The translations under genes and the position numbers were made by a program. The notes beneath the pieces are model-generated. The model ran no database searches. It saw only the letters and a program-made list of their open reading frames with translations, and was not told the origin of the DNA. A stretch of 51,177 nucleotides of DNA from Octopus bimaculoides (taxonomy: Eukaryota): contig NC_068981.1 of assembly GCF_001194135.2 (NCBI RefSeq), positions 114,311,605-114,362,781 of the forward strand, in the 5' to 3' direction. Positions 34,481-47,717 of this stretch are shown piece after piece; position 1 is the stretch's first letter; every line of letters starts with the position of its first letter.

Positions 34481-36099
34481 TATGGAAATCAGCTGCGGTC
34501 TTTGTGTATTGTGAGTATTGTCCTAAAATTGAAAGAAAACGTGATTCAGTTCTACCTCACTGATCTGACAAATTCACTTTGTAAGAACTACCTCAAAATT
34601 ATTGCAAGTGATATGAAAGCAAATATTAAGCAATAAGACGCCAAGGGATCAGCTTTCATCAGTTTACCAATCAAAATAGTAAATATCTCCTAGACTTTCA
34701 AATAGAATGTAAAATTATTAATCTAAAAAGAATGTAGAATTATTAATTACTAAAATGTAATGTTTTCATTATTTTGTCCACCACAGCTAAAGACATCTTT
34801 TGGCTTTTGAAAACAAAACCTTTTCTTTCTCTTTCTATATTATTTGTTAAGTTTTAGTCAGGGTATGCATCGTCTCTCCGATGCTTATTTTCTTATTTTA
34901 TATAAGTTTGAAATATCAAATCAGTCGTATCGAAGATAATATTGTACATTACTACTGGAGAATGAATAACAGTCAGGGAATTATAGGTGCTTTTTTTACA
35001 GCTTAGTCAGAAGGGGAACCGCAACCACCATAACTCGTTTTGTGTCTCAATTATTGACGAGGTGACTGGAAGACACTTCCTCAGACTGGAGATTTGACCT
35101 TAACACTTACAGCAGAATAAGTGTAACTAAAGGTGCCCATCGACCATGTGTTATTTAGCCAGGATATTATGTCTATTAACCAAGGAGTAGAGCGATACTC
35201 CTGACTATTTTCACACAATCGCAAAATACCAAATTTCATATACACAGCTTTGGTTGTCGAGGAAACTGTAGTAGAAAATAATTTCCAAATGGCTGCACGA
35301 TAAGACCAGATCTTAAAACACGTAGTTACAAAATGAACTAGATAATCATATAACCCTGTCTGCATTCAGTATGGCATGTGATAATGAACTGTGCGACAAT
35401 TTTGCAGGCAGTTGACTTTTCAAGTTTGAAATAGTCAATAACTGGTGGCAACAAATCAATAGTAATTATTATCATCTGCAGTTTTTCGACAGTTTCGGAC
35501 TTAATGCAGTTGAATGAAGGACAATATCACGGTAAAAAATACAGTCTAAAGTTAAGTGAAGCTACTTTCGATTACAACTGAAGATTTCTTCTACTTCTTA
35601 TGACAGACTAAACCGTGCTCTTCACCACCTACCCCAACTTAGCTCGCAACCCTTCTTTACTCTGGGTTGCAAAAGTCCCATCAAACTAATCTTTATATAG
35701 TCAATCTGACCTACTGGAAACAAGAACCAAATCGCCCGCTAATTACAATCTATTCTCTTGAAAAAGAAAAGGCCTATTAAATAATGCAGTATTGGCTGCT
35801 TGGAAGAAAACATAGAACTATAATAGTTGGAATGCAATTTAACACAGGTATGCTGTGTCCGTGGCTAACTGATGCTAAAGAATACCTTGAAACGAGAAGC
35901 AAATGAGGGAGCTCAACCTGCTAAAATTGGCTGCGAAACTCCTTCAAAACACAGTTGCTCTTAAAAGAGGAAGAAAGCACCAAACAACTTATTCATTGCT
36001 TGCCTAACGTCAGTATTTCAACGACATTACATCACTTATCAGGTGTAAAGTAACGTCGCGAGTTTGTATGTATGTAATGTATGTATGTGTATATAAATA

Positions 36100-36420
36100 T
36101 ATGTGCGGCAAGAAGCTTGCTTCCCAACCACGTGATTCCAGGTTCAGTACCACTGCATGGCACCTTGGGCAGGAGTCTTCTACTATGGTTTCAGACCTAC
36201 CAAAGGTTTTGAGTGTGGATTTGGTAAATGGAAACTGAAAGAAGCACATCGTATATATNNNNNNNNNNATATATATATATATATACATACATACATACAT
36301 ACATACATATGCATGTGTATGTGCGCGCGCGCACGCGTGAGTGCGTGTCTCTTAGTGTTTGTCCCCCAACACCGCTAGACAACCGATGTTGGTGTGTTTA
36401 CGTTCCGTAACATAGTGACG
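36100..36420 (+). mobile_element. SINE family A, 3'-truncated
   Basis: AAGAAGCTTGCTTCCCAACCACGTGATTCCAGGTTCAGTACCACTGC.. head and ..GACAACCGATGTTGGTGTGTTTACGT tail. Confidence 0.85.
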
Positions 36421-36479
36421 TGTCGCAGCCTCAGCGCATGTCTGCGCATCATTAACCACGACATATCCAGTCTTCCACC

Positions 36480-39400
36480 CAGCGGCTGCTGAAACCCGTC
36501 TCTCTCCGGTGTGGGTCAAATAAATGAACTACTTATGGATGTACTATTTTCTAGCGAAGCCTATCTGAGGGTCAGATAGAGAATCTGGTGTCGGATTTGC
36601 TCTCAAGAATTCATTGGCTACCTCCATTGCAGAATTTCCATGTGGTATATCTGAACGAACCATGTCATGTTGTTGTTGTTATTGTTGGCACTCCGTCGCT
36701 TACGACGTCGAGGGTTCCAGTTGATCCGATCAACGGAACAGCCTTCTCGTGAAATTAACGTGCAAGTGGCTGAGCACTCCATAGACACTTGTACCCTTAA
36801 CGTAGTTCTCGGGGATATTCAGCGTGACACAGTGTGACAAGGCTGACCCTTTGAATTACAGGCACAACAGAAACAGGAAGTAAGAGTGAGAAAAAGTTGT
36901 CGTGAAAGAGTACAGCAGGGCTCGCCACCAACCCCTGCCGGAGCCTCGTGGAGCTTTAGGTGTTTTCGCTCAATAAACACTCACAACGCCCGCTCTGGGA
37001 ATGGAAACCGCGATCCTATGACCCCGAGTCCGCTGCCCTAAGCACTGGGACATTGCGCCTCCACATGTCATGTTGTATAAAACTGACAAAAGGTAGATTT
37101 CTTACCGTTGTCAGAATTTATGCACCAACAATGTCTCATTTTGATGAAACTGTAGCGCAGTTCTGTGATTATCTAGCACAATTATTGAGGAAAGTACCAA
37201 TTTCTAACAAAGAGATTTCAACGCATGGATTGGAACTGAGTTCATTCCATGGCCTGTTTTAGGCCGACATGGGACTGGAAAAGGTTATAAAAATGGAGTA
37301 GCTCTTTCGGCGTTTTTTACTAAGATTAATCTGGTTATTACCATCACTTTGTTTATGCAGAAAAATAAATATAAAATCACCTGGATGCACCCAAGGTCTA
37401 AGGACTGACATCTCATAGATTATATTTTGATCAGAAAGCGTGATATGAAAGATGTTTCTAGTGTTCGAACTATGAGAAGAGCAGAGAGCTGGACTGACCA
37501 TCATCTAGTGCGTGGAAAAAGGAAGTTATTGATAAAGCCTAAAAGTCGACAGTCTGGTCCTAAGGTATCCAAAAAGCTAAATGTTGCAAATTTCAAATTA
37601 CCAAGTAACGTGCTAAGATTTCACGATGCTATAGAAAGTATCAGTCTTGATCCAAACAATCTATGAGAAGATTTCAAAACAAAAGCATTTCAGATTGCAA
37701 GTCCGTCGGTGGGATTTAAATCGCGTATGTCCAGTGGCTGGCTTTCAGACAAATCACAAAATTTATGCAACACACTTCTTTCTCAGTCCTTGACCCCCAA
37801 CTCAAACGAAGCTTATAGAAAGCTGAAAGGAAAAATGCAGACTGCTCTATGGAAAATTAAACAGGAATGGTGGAATGATAGAGCAAGGGGGCACAAAAAG
37901 CAGCTGATAGAAATGGTGCCAAGAGCTTGTACTCTTATGTTAAGTATGTAGGTGGCCCCAAATCTTCTTCAATAACGCCAGTGAGAACAGAAAATGGACA
38001 TTTGCTTACGTATGAGAGCGGATAGAACATTTTTCTACACTTTTGAGTAGACTATCAGCCGTTGACATGAGGGTGTTAGCAAAATTGAACAGCTTCCAGT
38101 TATAGAGGAGATGGCATTTGGACTAACTCTAAATGACATTTATTTAGCTTTGAATAAGATAAATAACAATAAATCTCTAAGGTTTGATGGTATTTGCGCA
38201 GAGGTCTTGAAATATAGGGGTGACAAAATGTTTGAACACTTAGATATATTAGTCTCTGCTGTAGAACAGAGTAGATGCCTCAAGTCTGGATTGATGCTAT
38301 TTTAGTCTCCTTGCATAAATCGGGCCAAAGGATCTGTGATAATTTTCGTGGGATCTCGCTTTTGTCTGTAGTTGGAAAGGTACTTGCCCGTATTCTGTTA
38401 GAATGTTTAAATTCCTTCATAGTTCTAAATATAGTGTTTGAGTCTCAATGTCGTTTTCGCTTTTTCATTGACACGATTGACTGTATCTTTACTATCAGAC
38501 AGTTTGAGGAAGAGTGCATTGAATAGAATCTTGCGCTATACCACTGCTGTTGATCGAAATGCTCTGTGGTTAATTTTAAGAAAAATACGTTGACCAGAAA
38601 AATTTGTAAACATGATCAGGGTTTTGCATCAAGATATGAAAGCTAGAGTTAATTTTGGTGGTAGGCTTTCTGAATCTTTTGCCGTGGAAAATGGCGCATC
38701 CGCCCTCTTTGCAATATATTTTGCTGTTCTGCTGTCACACGATTTTCAAAACTCCGAGGAGGGTATTTACATAAAATATCGAACAACAGAGAATGTTTTT
38801 AATCTGACTAGACTGAAACTCAAAATAAAGATTTTTACTTCACTCATTAGGGAACTATAATACGCTGACGATTGCAATTTTGTCAGTCACTCTGAAACAA
38901 GCCTGCAAAATCTTGTATCTGTATTGGAATCAGCTTGTGATGATGCTAACTTGACCATCAACTTGAAAAAGACAGTTGTGATGTCTCAAACTGCACGTGG
39001 TGCTGGTGGCAACCCCCTAAAATTTTCGTTAAGGATAAGTTACTTGAGGTTGTTGACTTTCATTTACCTTTGCAGCTCTGTACAAAATGATGAAAATCTG
39101 GACACATAAATACACCTGCGAATTCAAAGGACAGCCCAAGCATTTCATGGATTGATGTCACGCGTTTAGCACCAGCGACATATAAATAACAACACAAAAT
39201 TGGCTCTTTACAAATCATTTGTCTTACCGTCCTTGTTGTATTCCTCTGAAACTTGGACTTGTTACGAAAGAACGGCTACACCCAAAATGCCTTCGCCGCA
39301 TTTTATACATTAAATGGAACAATTTTTTATTCGAGACACAGATGTTCTTGCTTCTGCAGACATCACGTCACTTAAATCAATAACCTTTAAAAATTAACTG

Positions 39401-39790
39401 AGATGGTCTGGCCACATTGTTCGAATGGCGATTGAACACACACTCAAACAGTTGTTTTATGGCGAATTTGCAGAAAGGAAACGCAATCAGTGTAAACAAA
39501 AAGAAGTTTAAGGATTGTATAAGGACTAACATGAAATCACTTGGAATCAATCCAAAGGCCATAGAAAACCTCGCTTCGGATCGAGCTGGATGACCAACAA
39601 AATTATGGAGTGGAGGAAAGGCTTTTGAAGAAACTATGGTGACCCAGGCGCAACTCAAAAGAAATCTAAACAAAAATGTTACGATCAACGAGAAAATGAA
39701 TCACAACCACCTTTTTGAGTGCACAATTTGTGACAGACTATGCCTTTCTTTTTGTGGGTTTAAATCTCATTTGCGGACTTATTGAAAACT
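36480..39790 (+). mobile_element. RTE-BovB LINE, decayed near full length (APE + RT + Zn finger), interrupted by SINE C
   Basis: AAETRL, ESGVGFALKNSL..GISERTM, VRIYAPTMS, WTDHHLVR, FRGISLLSVVGKVLARIL, ESQCRFR, EL**YADD-like, LRWSGHIVRM, FECTICDRLCLSFCGFKSHLRT*. Confidence 0.92.
36674..37063 (-). mobile_element. tRNA-derived SINE family C, full length, (CAA)n tail, TSD up to 13 bp
   Basis: The minus strand starts TGGAGGCGCAATGTCCCAGTGCTTAGGGC..GGTTTCCATTCCC (A/B boxes) and ends ..CCTCGACGTCGTAAGCGACGGAGTGCCAACAATAACAACAAC. CATGTCATGTTGT occurs at 36661-36673 and 37064-37076. Confidence 0.9.
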
Positions 39791-41485
39791 TTAATAGAGA
39801 CTCTTTGGAATGTTTTACATATACCACTATACCACTAAATAATTGAATTTCAATGACATAAGTCAACTTGCGTTGCACTTTCTTTAAAATTAAGACACGT
39901 GCAGACATTTCTGAAGTTTCATCATAATTCATAGAAAATACTACAGTGATGTGAAGCAGACGCCTTTACACGAGTGTGCAACTGAGTGGTCCTTAACCGT
40001 TCGGTCAAAGAGGTCTGTAAAGCAATTAAAACTGAAACTCAACTATTCTGATGCGGTGGCTGAGTTTCAATGCATTGTGAGATTCAGACTAATTAGGAAG
40101 CGCCGAGATAAAATGTCTTCAGAGAGTTGAGAGAATAAAATATTCTGTTATACTTCAGAATTAGTGAGATCAATCAAGCATGTACTTCATGTAGCTTACT
40201 GTACCATCATAATTGGATCGCCAGAAGTTCCATATTACCCAAGCTTAATAATATAAGTATATAGTAAATTGAAAAACACGGTGGACAGTCATATCATTTA
40301 TGCCGATTCACGTTTACTAACCCCCACTACAATTATATACAGTAACAACAATATCTGGTTATTATCTGTTTTGACACATTGTTTTACATAGCGAAACAAA
40401 TACTAAATATATATATTCTCTTTAATATCTTTTCGCCTCACACACGTAATATACACAAACGAACATTCAGAAAGCACTACTACGCACAGTCAAAAGAACA
40501 CAACCTTGCCTACGATGTGCATACATTCTATTTGTACACATATTTCTTTCAAACGCACACACATACACTCCACTGCGCACAAACATAGTCAAATCATCAT
40601 TGAAGGCACATTGGAGAACAAAATTTGTTTAATCACTCGCATACGAAAAACACCACACAGTCGCAACCTGCATAAACACACACACACACACACACACATA
40701 CATCACTCACACAGTGCAGAAACAACGTTATGTGGTCACTGAAAACAGTCAAATAGGTACTTATTTCAAAACAAACAATAAACAACAAATACCCATATAC
40801 AGAAACCCAACGCACACACGCACTCATTATGACAAATACACAATTAAAATATGTACAGACACATAAATACTCGCTACTTCAATCATTTCACACACACACA
40901 CAAATACATCATATACACAAAACCTGTACAAGACAAGTCAAAATACATGCACACTCTACTTTCGCATACACACTCACTGAAAGTATACACACGACCACGC
41001 ACTTTCTAACAACACTACTATAACACATTCAAGATCATAAAATACACACACACACACACACACAAATACACACATACAAATACACACACACACACACACA
41101 CATTCCAGAATATAAAACAAACATGCTATTAAGACATACAATAACATCAACATACAAACACGCGCACACACACACACACACGCACGCGCAGACGTTGCAT
41201 AATGTTAGAACGATACGTATACACGAAAATGATGCACTTATTTCGACACTTATAACGCTCGCCCGAACACTTTCACAACACATACGTTCATACATACACT
41301 GAAAAAAAGAAAGCGCTCACATTTTATCCCTCTTTCAGTTCTCCTTCGCACAAAAGCGTCTTGTTTTTTTTTGTCTTTTTCTGGTCATCTCAAAATGGCG
41401 GTAGATTAATATCAAGCTTGAAGTATTTTTTTAACTTTTACCATTCATTTCTTGTTCGATGTATCTCTTTTTCTCTCGTTCATTC

Positions 41486-41518
41486 TTTCTGATGAAGGAT
41501 TAATGGCCAAAACCTTAA
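41486..41518 (+). ncRNA. highly degenerate hammerhead-like motif
   Basis: TTT / CTGATGA / A / GG-ATTAATGG-CC / AAA (expected GAA) / ACCT (expected ACGT) / T / AA, after a pyrimidine-rich tract. Confidence 0.35.
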
Positions 41519-41552
41519 TCACATTTTTATTTCAACGAGCAATGACCTATCT

Positions 41553-41615
<63 letters not shown>

Positions 41616-42143
41616 GGGAGAATATACAAATAATAACAACAGACGAGGACAGGTGGTGTAAATAACAAAAGTATATATTAGTATGACGCTCGGGAATATA
41701 TATATATACATACATATATATATACATACATACACTCACACACAGATGTACATAGGCAATGAAATCAATGATATTTCCTAATTTTATCATTTTCAACTCC
41801 TTCAGTTGTTTCTACGGTTTAAATGATAACACCTTCATGCATGTAACCAACACGTAATTTATATATAAAAAAATACATAATTTATTTATTTGAATGAGAT
41901 GAGTGAATCGTTTCATTTGGAACAAAAGTTGAAATCAAAAAATTGAAACACCGTTGGTATTTTTAATATGTCATAGAAAGAATTTTTTATATCGCTTAAA
42001 ACATTAATGTAAAATACACCTATATATATATACATATATCTATAAATATATGTATATTTGCATATCTATGCATGAGTGTGTGTGTTTTGCATGTGTGTGT
42101 GTTTGTGTGTGCGTCTGCTTGTGTGTGTGTGCGCGCGCGCGTG

Positions 42144-42186
<43 letters not shown>

Positions 42187-42439
42187 GTACCTCTGTGTAT
42201 CTATACATATGTATTTTGTGTGTGTTGCAAAAGTTAATTTCCATTCTTAAATAGAAATAACTGATTTTATATAAATGTTAGAAATTATTCAGATTTAGGG
42301 GCAGTGCCTCTCGAACACAGTAAAGCTATAAATAGTAGCAAGCGTTGAAAGGCTGCCCTTGTGATACATGAACCCACGCGAGCAGCCTTCGATTTTTTTC
42401 TATCTAAAGGAGATTTCCAGCCCAATGTTTCCATGCTAC

Positions 42440-43860
42440 TAGTAGTAGGCATTCATTGGTCTCGAGAGGCATGGATTTGCACCTGAGGAAATCGCGTCAG
42501 TTGCTGATGGTGGTGCAGCGTCTGTTGTGGCTGTAGAGGCCCATACGAGAGTAGTAGTCACGCATACAGCGATTGCATTTGAAAAAGCTCACTACCGGCG
42601 CTACTAGTTCTTCCTCCCAAGAGCGCTTGTCTTTGATGGCGAGTTCGTTTTGTTTTTTTCCCTTCGATTCATCTTTTTTGCAGTATTTGTCTCCAGCATG
42701 GGCGATCATTTGCGACCTTCTCCCATCTCAGGGCGTCCAGATCAAGCGACTTCATATCTCTCTTGCAGATGTCCTTAAAACGAGGATATGTTNNNNNNNN
42801 NNNNNNNNNNNNNNNNNNNNNNNNNNNNNNNNNNNNNNNNNNNNNNNNNNNNNNNNNNNNNNNNNNNNNNNNNNNNNNNNNNNNNNNNNNNNNNNNNNNN
42901 NNNNNNNNNNNNNNNNNNNNNNNNNNNNNNNNNNNNNNNNNNNNNNNNNNNNNNNNNNNNNNNNNNNNNNNNNNNNNNNNNNNNNNNNNNNNNNNNNNNN
43001 NNNNNNNNNNNNNNNNNNGTGCATGATCGAACCAGTGCAGACGACGCTACTGGAGCAGGGTGAGTATACTGGGTATCTTAGCGCGGTTGAGAACTTTGAT
43101 GTTGGTGATATGGTCGGTCCAAGATGCGTTTCAAATTACGTGGGAGACATTGAGATGCCCCTCCTGTCTGGAGAAGAGTCCCCCGCGTCTCGCTGCCGTA
43201 AAGTAGCGTATTAATGACGCACGCTTTATAGACAGCAATCTTGGTGTTTACGATGCCTTTCAGATCAATCCCGAGGAGTCTTGGACGACAGCCAGTCATG
43301 AACAAGCCGTCTCTACTGACTAGTTCAAAGGCCTTTGTGAGGTCGAAGAAGGTGATAAAGAGTGGTTGCCATTGATCTGGACACTTCTTTTGTAGCTCTC
43401 GAAGTGAGAAGAATATGTCGATGGTGGAGCAACCTGATCTGAAGCCGCACTGATATTCGGGTATACCCTCTCAGCGATTTTTTTGTTGTATGTTTAGGAC
43501 CACGCGAGCAAAGACCTTCCCGGCGATGCTTAACAGCGAGATGCCTCGGTAAATATTGCAGTCACTTTTGTCCTTATATTATTTGTCCTACATTATTGCA
43601 GTAGCTTTGTTCTTATATAGGGTGACAATGTGGCAGTATCTCGTGTCATGCAGGACTGATCCTTCCTCCCAGCACTGACACAGTAGCTTCAGCAAGTGGC
43701 TGAGAAGAACTCTCCTTGCACATCTGATCATTTCTGGTGGGATGCCGTCCAAACCCGGTGCTTTTCCAGTAGGCAAGCCATCAATGGCTCTGCTCAGTTC
43801 TCCAGCAGTTGGCAATGTGTCCAGCTCCTCCGTGACGGGTAGGTGTTCTGCGGTGTTTAG
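42440..43860 (-). mobile_element. RTE-BovB LINE fragments with intact 3' end, spanning an N gap
   Basis: GKAPGLDGIPPE, SVLHDTRYCHIVTLYKNK, NTKIAVYKACVINTLLYGSET, FKCNRCMRDYYSRMGLYSHNRRC, then ..CCATGCCTCTCGAGACCAATGAATGCCTACTACTA tail. Confidence 0.9.
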
Positions 43861-44410
43861 CGTATCAACATTCTACTATTTATAGCTTTATATGCTTCGA
43901 AATCACATTCTTTCAAAGGTTTATACATTCTTATGATGTCAGCAATATTCCTTTTTTACTTATTTTTTAGTGAAATACTTTGTGTGCCATGACAGCTTGT
44001 TATGTATGCGTTAACAATTCTCTAATTTCTAGTCGAATATTAATCTTCAATGCCCGAAGTATTCTGGGGCTTGTGTCCGCAAACTCTTTGACTCCAAAGG
44101 AAAATTAAATGATTAAATTTGAAATGGAAGCATACTTTTATACTAACCTCAATAACTATTCCTCTCACACACGAACCTCCGTTTTATACTCGTGATCTAA
44201 TTAATAATGTTCACCTATTTTCATGTTTGTGAAATGAATTCTTTATAGAAGGAAATTTAAAAAGTCCACGATTTTGATTAGTCTTTATATTTGTTTCCTG
44301 TTATAATGTTTGCTATTTTGAATATACCTATGTACTATTAAATTAAGAAAACATGGTTCTAACTTCGATGAGGTATTTGTGAAGTAATTTATTTATAATG
44401 CGCCAACACA

Positions 44411-44964
44411 CAGTACACTACGGGTGATAGGATATGAACCATTGATCCTTTGCTTATTTGCGACTACCATATTTTACGACCTTCGTAATTTACTAACATA
44501 TACATTAACGGTTGGATGTAATGTATGCAATTCCTTACTTTACAAAAATCGAATCTATATAACGCGGCAGTTTAAAACATAGAGATTGATTCACCATGCC
44601 TTTCTGCTGAAAGTTTTATATCAATAATTGATTTCAGGAGTTCTCATAGGAGAAAAATACGATCCCATACTGTCGTCTTTAGGACCTGTCAAGATTACAT
44701 TGCTACAGCTATTTGCATCAGTGCACTTTACAATTCTGTCGTAAATTGCACTTATTTACGTAATTTATTTATAATGAGCTTCAACAGAGTTAAAAATCGC
44801 TGAAATTGTTAGCGTTACAATGTTCAAATCTCCTAGCAACTAGGTGTCCTTGGTACTTTATATCTTTACTTACAAACAGTACAGTATGGGTGACAGGATG
44901 TGAACTATTGATCCTTTGCTTATTTGCTGCTACCATACTTTACGATCTTCATAATTTACTAACA
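44411..44964. repeat. two 88-bp direct repeats (44411-44498 and 44877-44964)
   Basis: 78/88 identical by manual alignment. A 17-mer (GTAATTTATTTATAATG) precedes each copy, at 44384 and 44760. Confidence 0.9.
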
Positions 44965-45864
44965 CACACACACACACATACATGCATACATACACACACA
45001 CATACACGCAAACACACACACACACACATCTAATGCTTCTGGCGCTGCTATTTCTAGCAGCAAAAGACATGTTAGATAATGTAGTCCGGAATAGAATAAA
45101 TCGCATGACTATCGAAAGGCCTGATTGTTGGTTACATTATAAGTTGTCTTTATAAATGTTTTTGATATAACTCGTTTCTGAATATATTTTTAAAATTTAG
45201 CAGATATAAACTGACATTTAGAATAGGAGTGTGTTTGTTAAACCATAGAAATAGAAATGTATAATAATCTCTGTTCTTTACTATAGGTGTCAAAACATAA
45301 TCTTGTTATTTGACGCAGACATATAGATAGGTTGAAAGAAATAAGGCGAACAGAAAAGAAGAGAACCTGTAAAAGAGTAAATCATCTGACAGAAGTGCAT
45401 CCGGTTGTCAAAACACGCAATATGCATTGAGCGATAAGAATCGTGAGGTCAAAATTGCGTTGTGGGCAGGCAACACCGTTCCAAACGTGACAGGGTATAT
45501 AAACACTGAAGAAATGAAAATAGGGCGGGAACGTTGACATGTATCAGCGAAAAATGTCTTTTACATTTACCCTTACACTTTCTTATTTCCAATTAATTTC
45601 GCCAACTCCCTCTCTTCCATTTTCATTGTCTGTCTTTCTTTCAGTATTCGTCTGAGTGTATACATATGGAGAGGTAGAAAGAGAAAGAGAGAAAAACAGA
45701 GAGAGAAACGGAGAGAGAGAGGGTACGAATATGTGTATGCAAACGATGATTTACACACATGTACCAATTATATGCGTCACTGAGGCCCGTCTGGCTCCTC
45801 TTTCTTGAGTAGGTAAACTAAGAACTGGTCTGAAATGTTGCTAGCCGTTCACAATCCTCTAATT

Positions 45865-46100
45865 GCCGAGCAATGCAGCCAAAGTTAGCAATATCGGTTT
45901 CAGATGTTAGCACGAGGCTAGCAATTTTGGGGAGGAGGTAAGCCGATTACCTCGACCTCAGTGTTCAACTGGTACTTAATTTATCGACACGAAAGGAGGG
46001 AGGGTAAAATCAACCACGGCGGAATTTGAACTCAGAACGTAAAGACGGACGAAATACTGCATTTTACCCAGTGCGCTAACGATTCTGCCAGCTCGCTGCC
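45865..46100 (-). mobile_element. SINE family B
   Basis: Reverse complement of the 33148 head and core: ..GGCGGAATTTGAACTCAGAACGTA..GCTAACGATTCTGCCAGCTCGCTGCC. Confidence 0.85.
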
Positions 46101-46488
46101 AACATTAGTAATATCATTTAAAGGATCACACGAAAGTACTTTATTTGTAAAAATACAACTGAGTAACGATGAAGTGATTCCTTGACAGTCTATTAATATG
46201 CACCCGTCATTGTTCCCTGACCTTCTGCTGTGCATCATCCACCCAAAACTTAACATTTTTAAAACCTACACGGGTACCATGAACACTGACTCCATTGAAG
46301 CATCCTCTAAAAGGGACAGATTATTCTTGTCTTCAATAGCAATGAAATACAAATGCTTCCTATATGAAGCAAACATCATCGCAATATACGTCCATAATCA
46401 TGAACCCTTCTCAGCTAGAGCCCTTACTATCACTCCAAATGTTTTAGCTCATAGTCACTGAGGATTCCCTGGTGAAAGCACATCCCTT

Positions 46489-46630
46489 ACTGGGGTCGAT
46501 ATAATCGACTACCTCCTCCCACAAAATTTCAAGTCTTACGCCTATAACAGAAAGAATTATTATTCAGAGCTCACAAGACGGTGAACTAGCAGAATCGTCA
46601 GTACGCCGGACAAAATACTTAATGACTTCC
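46489..46630 (+). mobile_element. SINE family B tail followed by a truncated head
   Basis: ACTGGGGTCGATATAATCGACT..AGAAAGAATTATTATT, then AAGACGGTGAACTAGCAGAATCG from 46575. Confidence 0.65.
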
Positions 46631-47670
46631 CCTTCTCTTCATCTCCAAACAATTATCGACATTCTACAAAACTCATATGAGGCTCCAAAGGAGTATTGTT
46701 ACTGCAGCTGCACATAAAGATATTGTAGACAGCATCCAGAAAAGTAACACTGACTGCTTAGCATAAAGTCTCTCATAGACAAGCTCCAGCCTCCGACCCG
46801 AAGGCACTGTGGCTTACTGGCTCCTGTCTCTGCCTTTTTTAACGTTTCAATAAAAGTATCTTCACTCTCCATCCACGACTTCTTCGAGTGGTACCTAAAA
46901 AATTCACAAGATATTGGCTGTAGTTGACAAGTTCTGTGTGTCTGTGTGCCTGTGTGTCTGTCTGTCTGTCTCTGTTTCCCTCTCTCTCTCTCCTCAATCC
47001 TTTTACTATTGTTCACCATAGTTGTGAGGTCAGTAAGACCTTAGCAACATTAATGGTAATAACAATAACAATAGCATCAATAAAAACGATTACAATAAAG
47101 TCAGTACCAACAGTAGAACATCATCAAAAAAGTAGTGCTATGAGAACAATATTTAACTGAACACAAAACCTGTTACAATGCATGTCTGTGAAAATACAAC
47201 ATCGACGTAGAGATGGTGGCAAAGCCAGAATGACATATTAAGACAGGCAAAGATGTAGAGAATCAGAAATTGATTTCATTGGCTCCAAGCTAATAGTCGT
47301 AAAGGCTTTTCACAAAAAGAGCTATCTAAGAGGGTAGATTATACAAACTTTTATAATTGTTCGAAAGAACAACAAAAAATAAAATATCTGACGAGTTAAA
47401 AGTAGTGGGATCAATTTGACCGATTAAAACATTTAAGGCAATATCCCAGCATGACTGCAGTCCAATGATAGAAACAAATAAATGTCCTAGAGTTTTTATG
47501 TGGAGTATGTGTGGAATATTGTAAACAAGATACTTTTCTAACAGCTTTGTATAGCTTTGTAGTGACAATGTGTCAAACATACAATGTAACATCAATAGCC
47601 ATCACAAGTCTTCAGATTACTAATTTGCAGTTTTCTATCCAACTTGATACGTAAACATAAATATTCTAAC

Positions 47671-47717
<47 letters not shown>

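Noticed and set aside
35869-35900. CTGATGC..GAAAC
   Set aside because: A9 is absent, and there is no NUH triplet or stem I.
46150-46930. Possible R1/LOA-like RT (YCDD at about 46380, minus) plus a KKA..WSL segment
   Set aside because: The motifs are weak and in the wrong order for one element, so no call is made.
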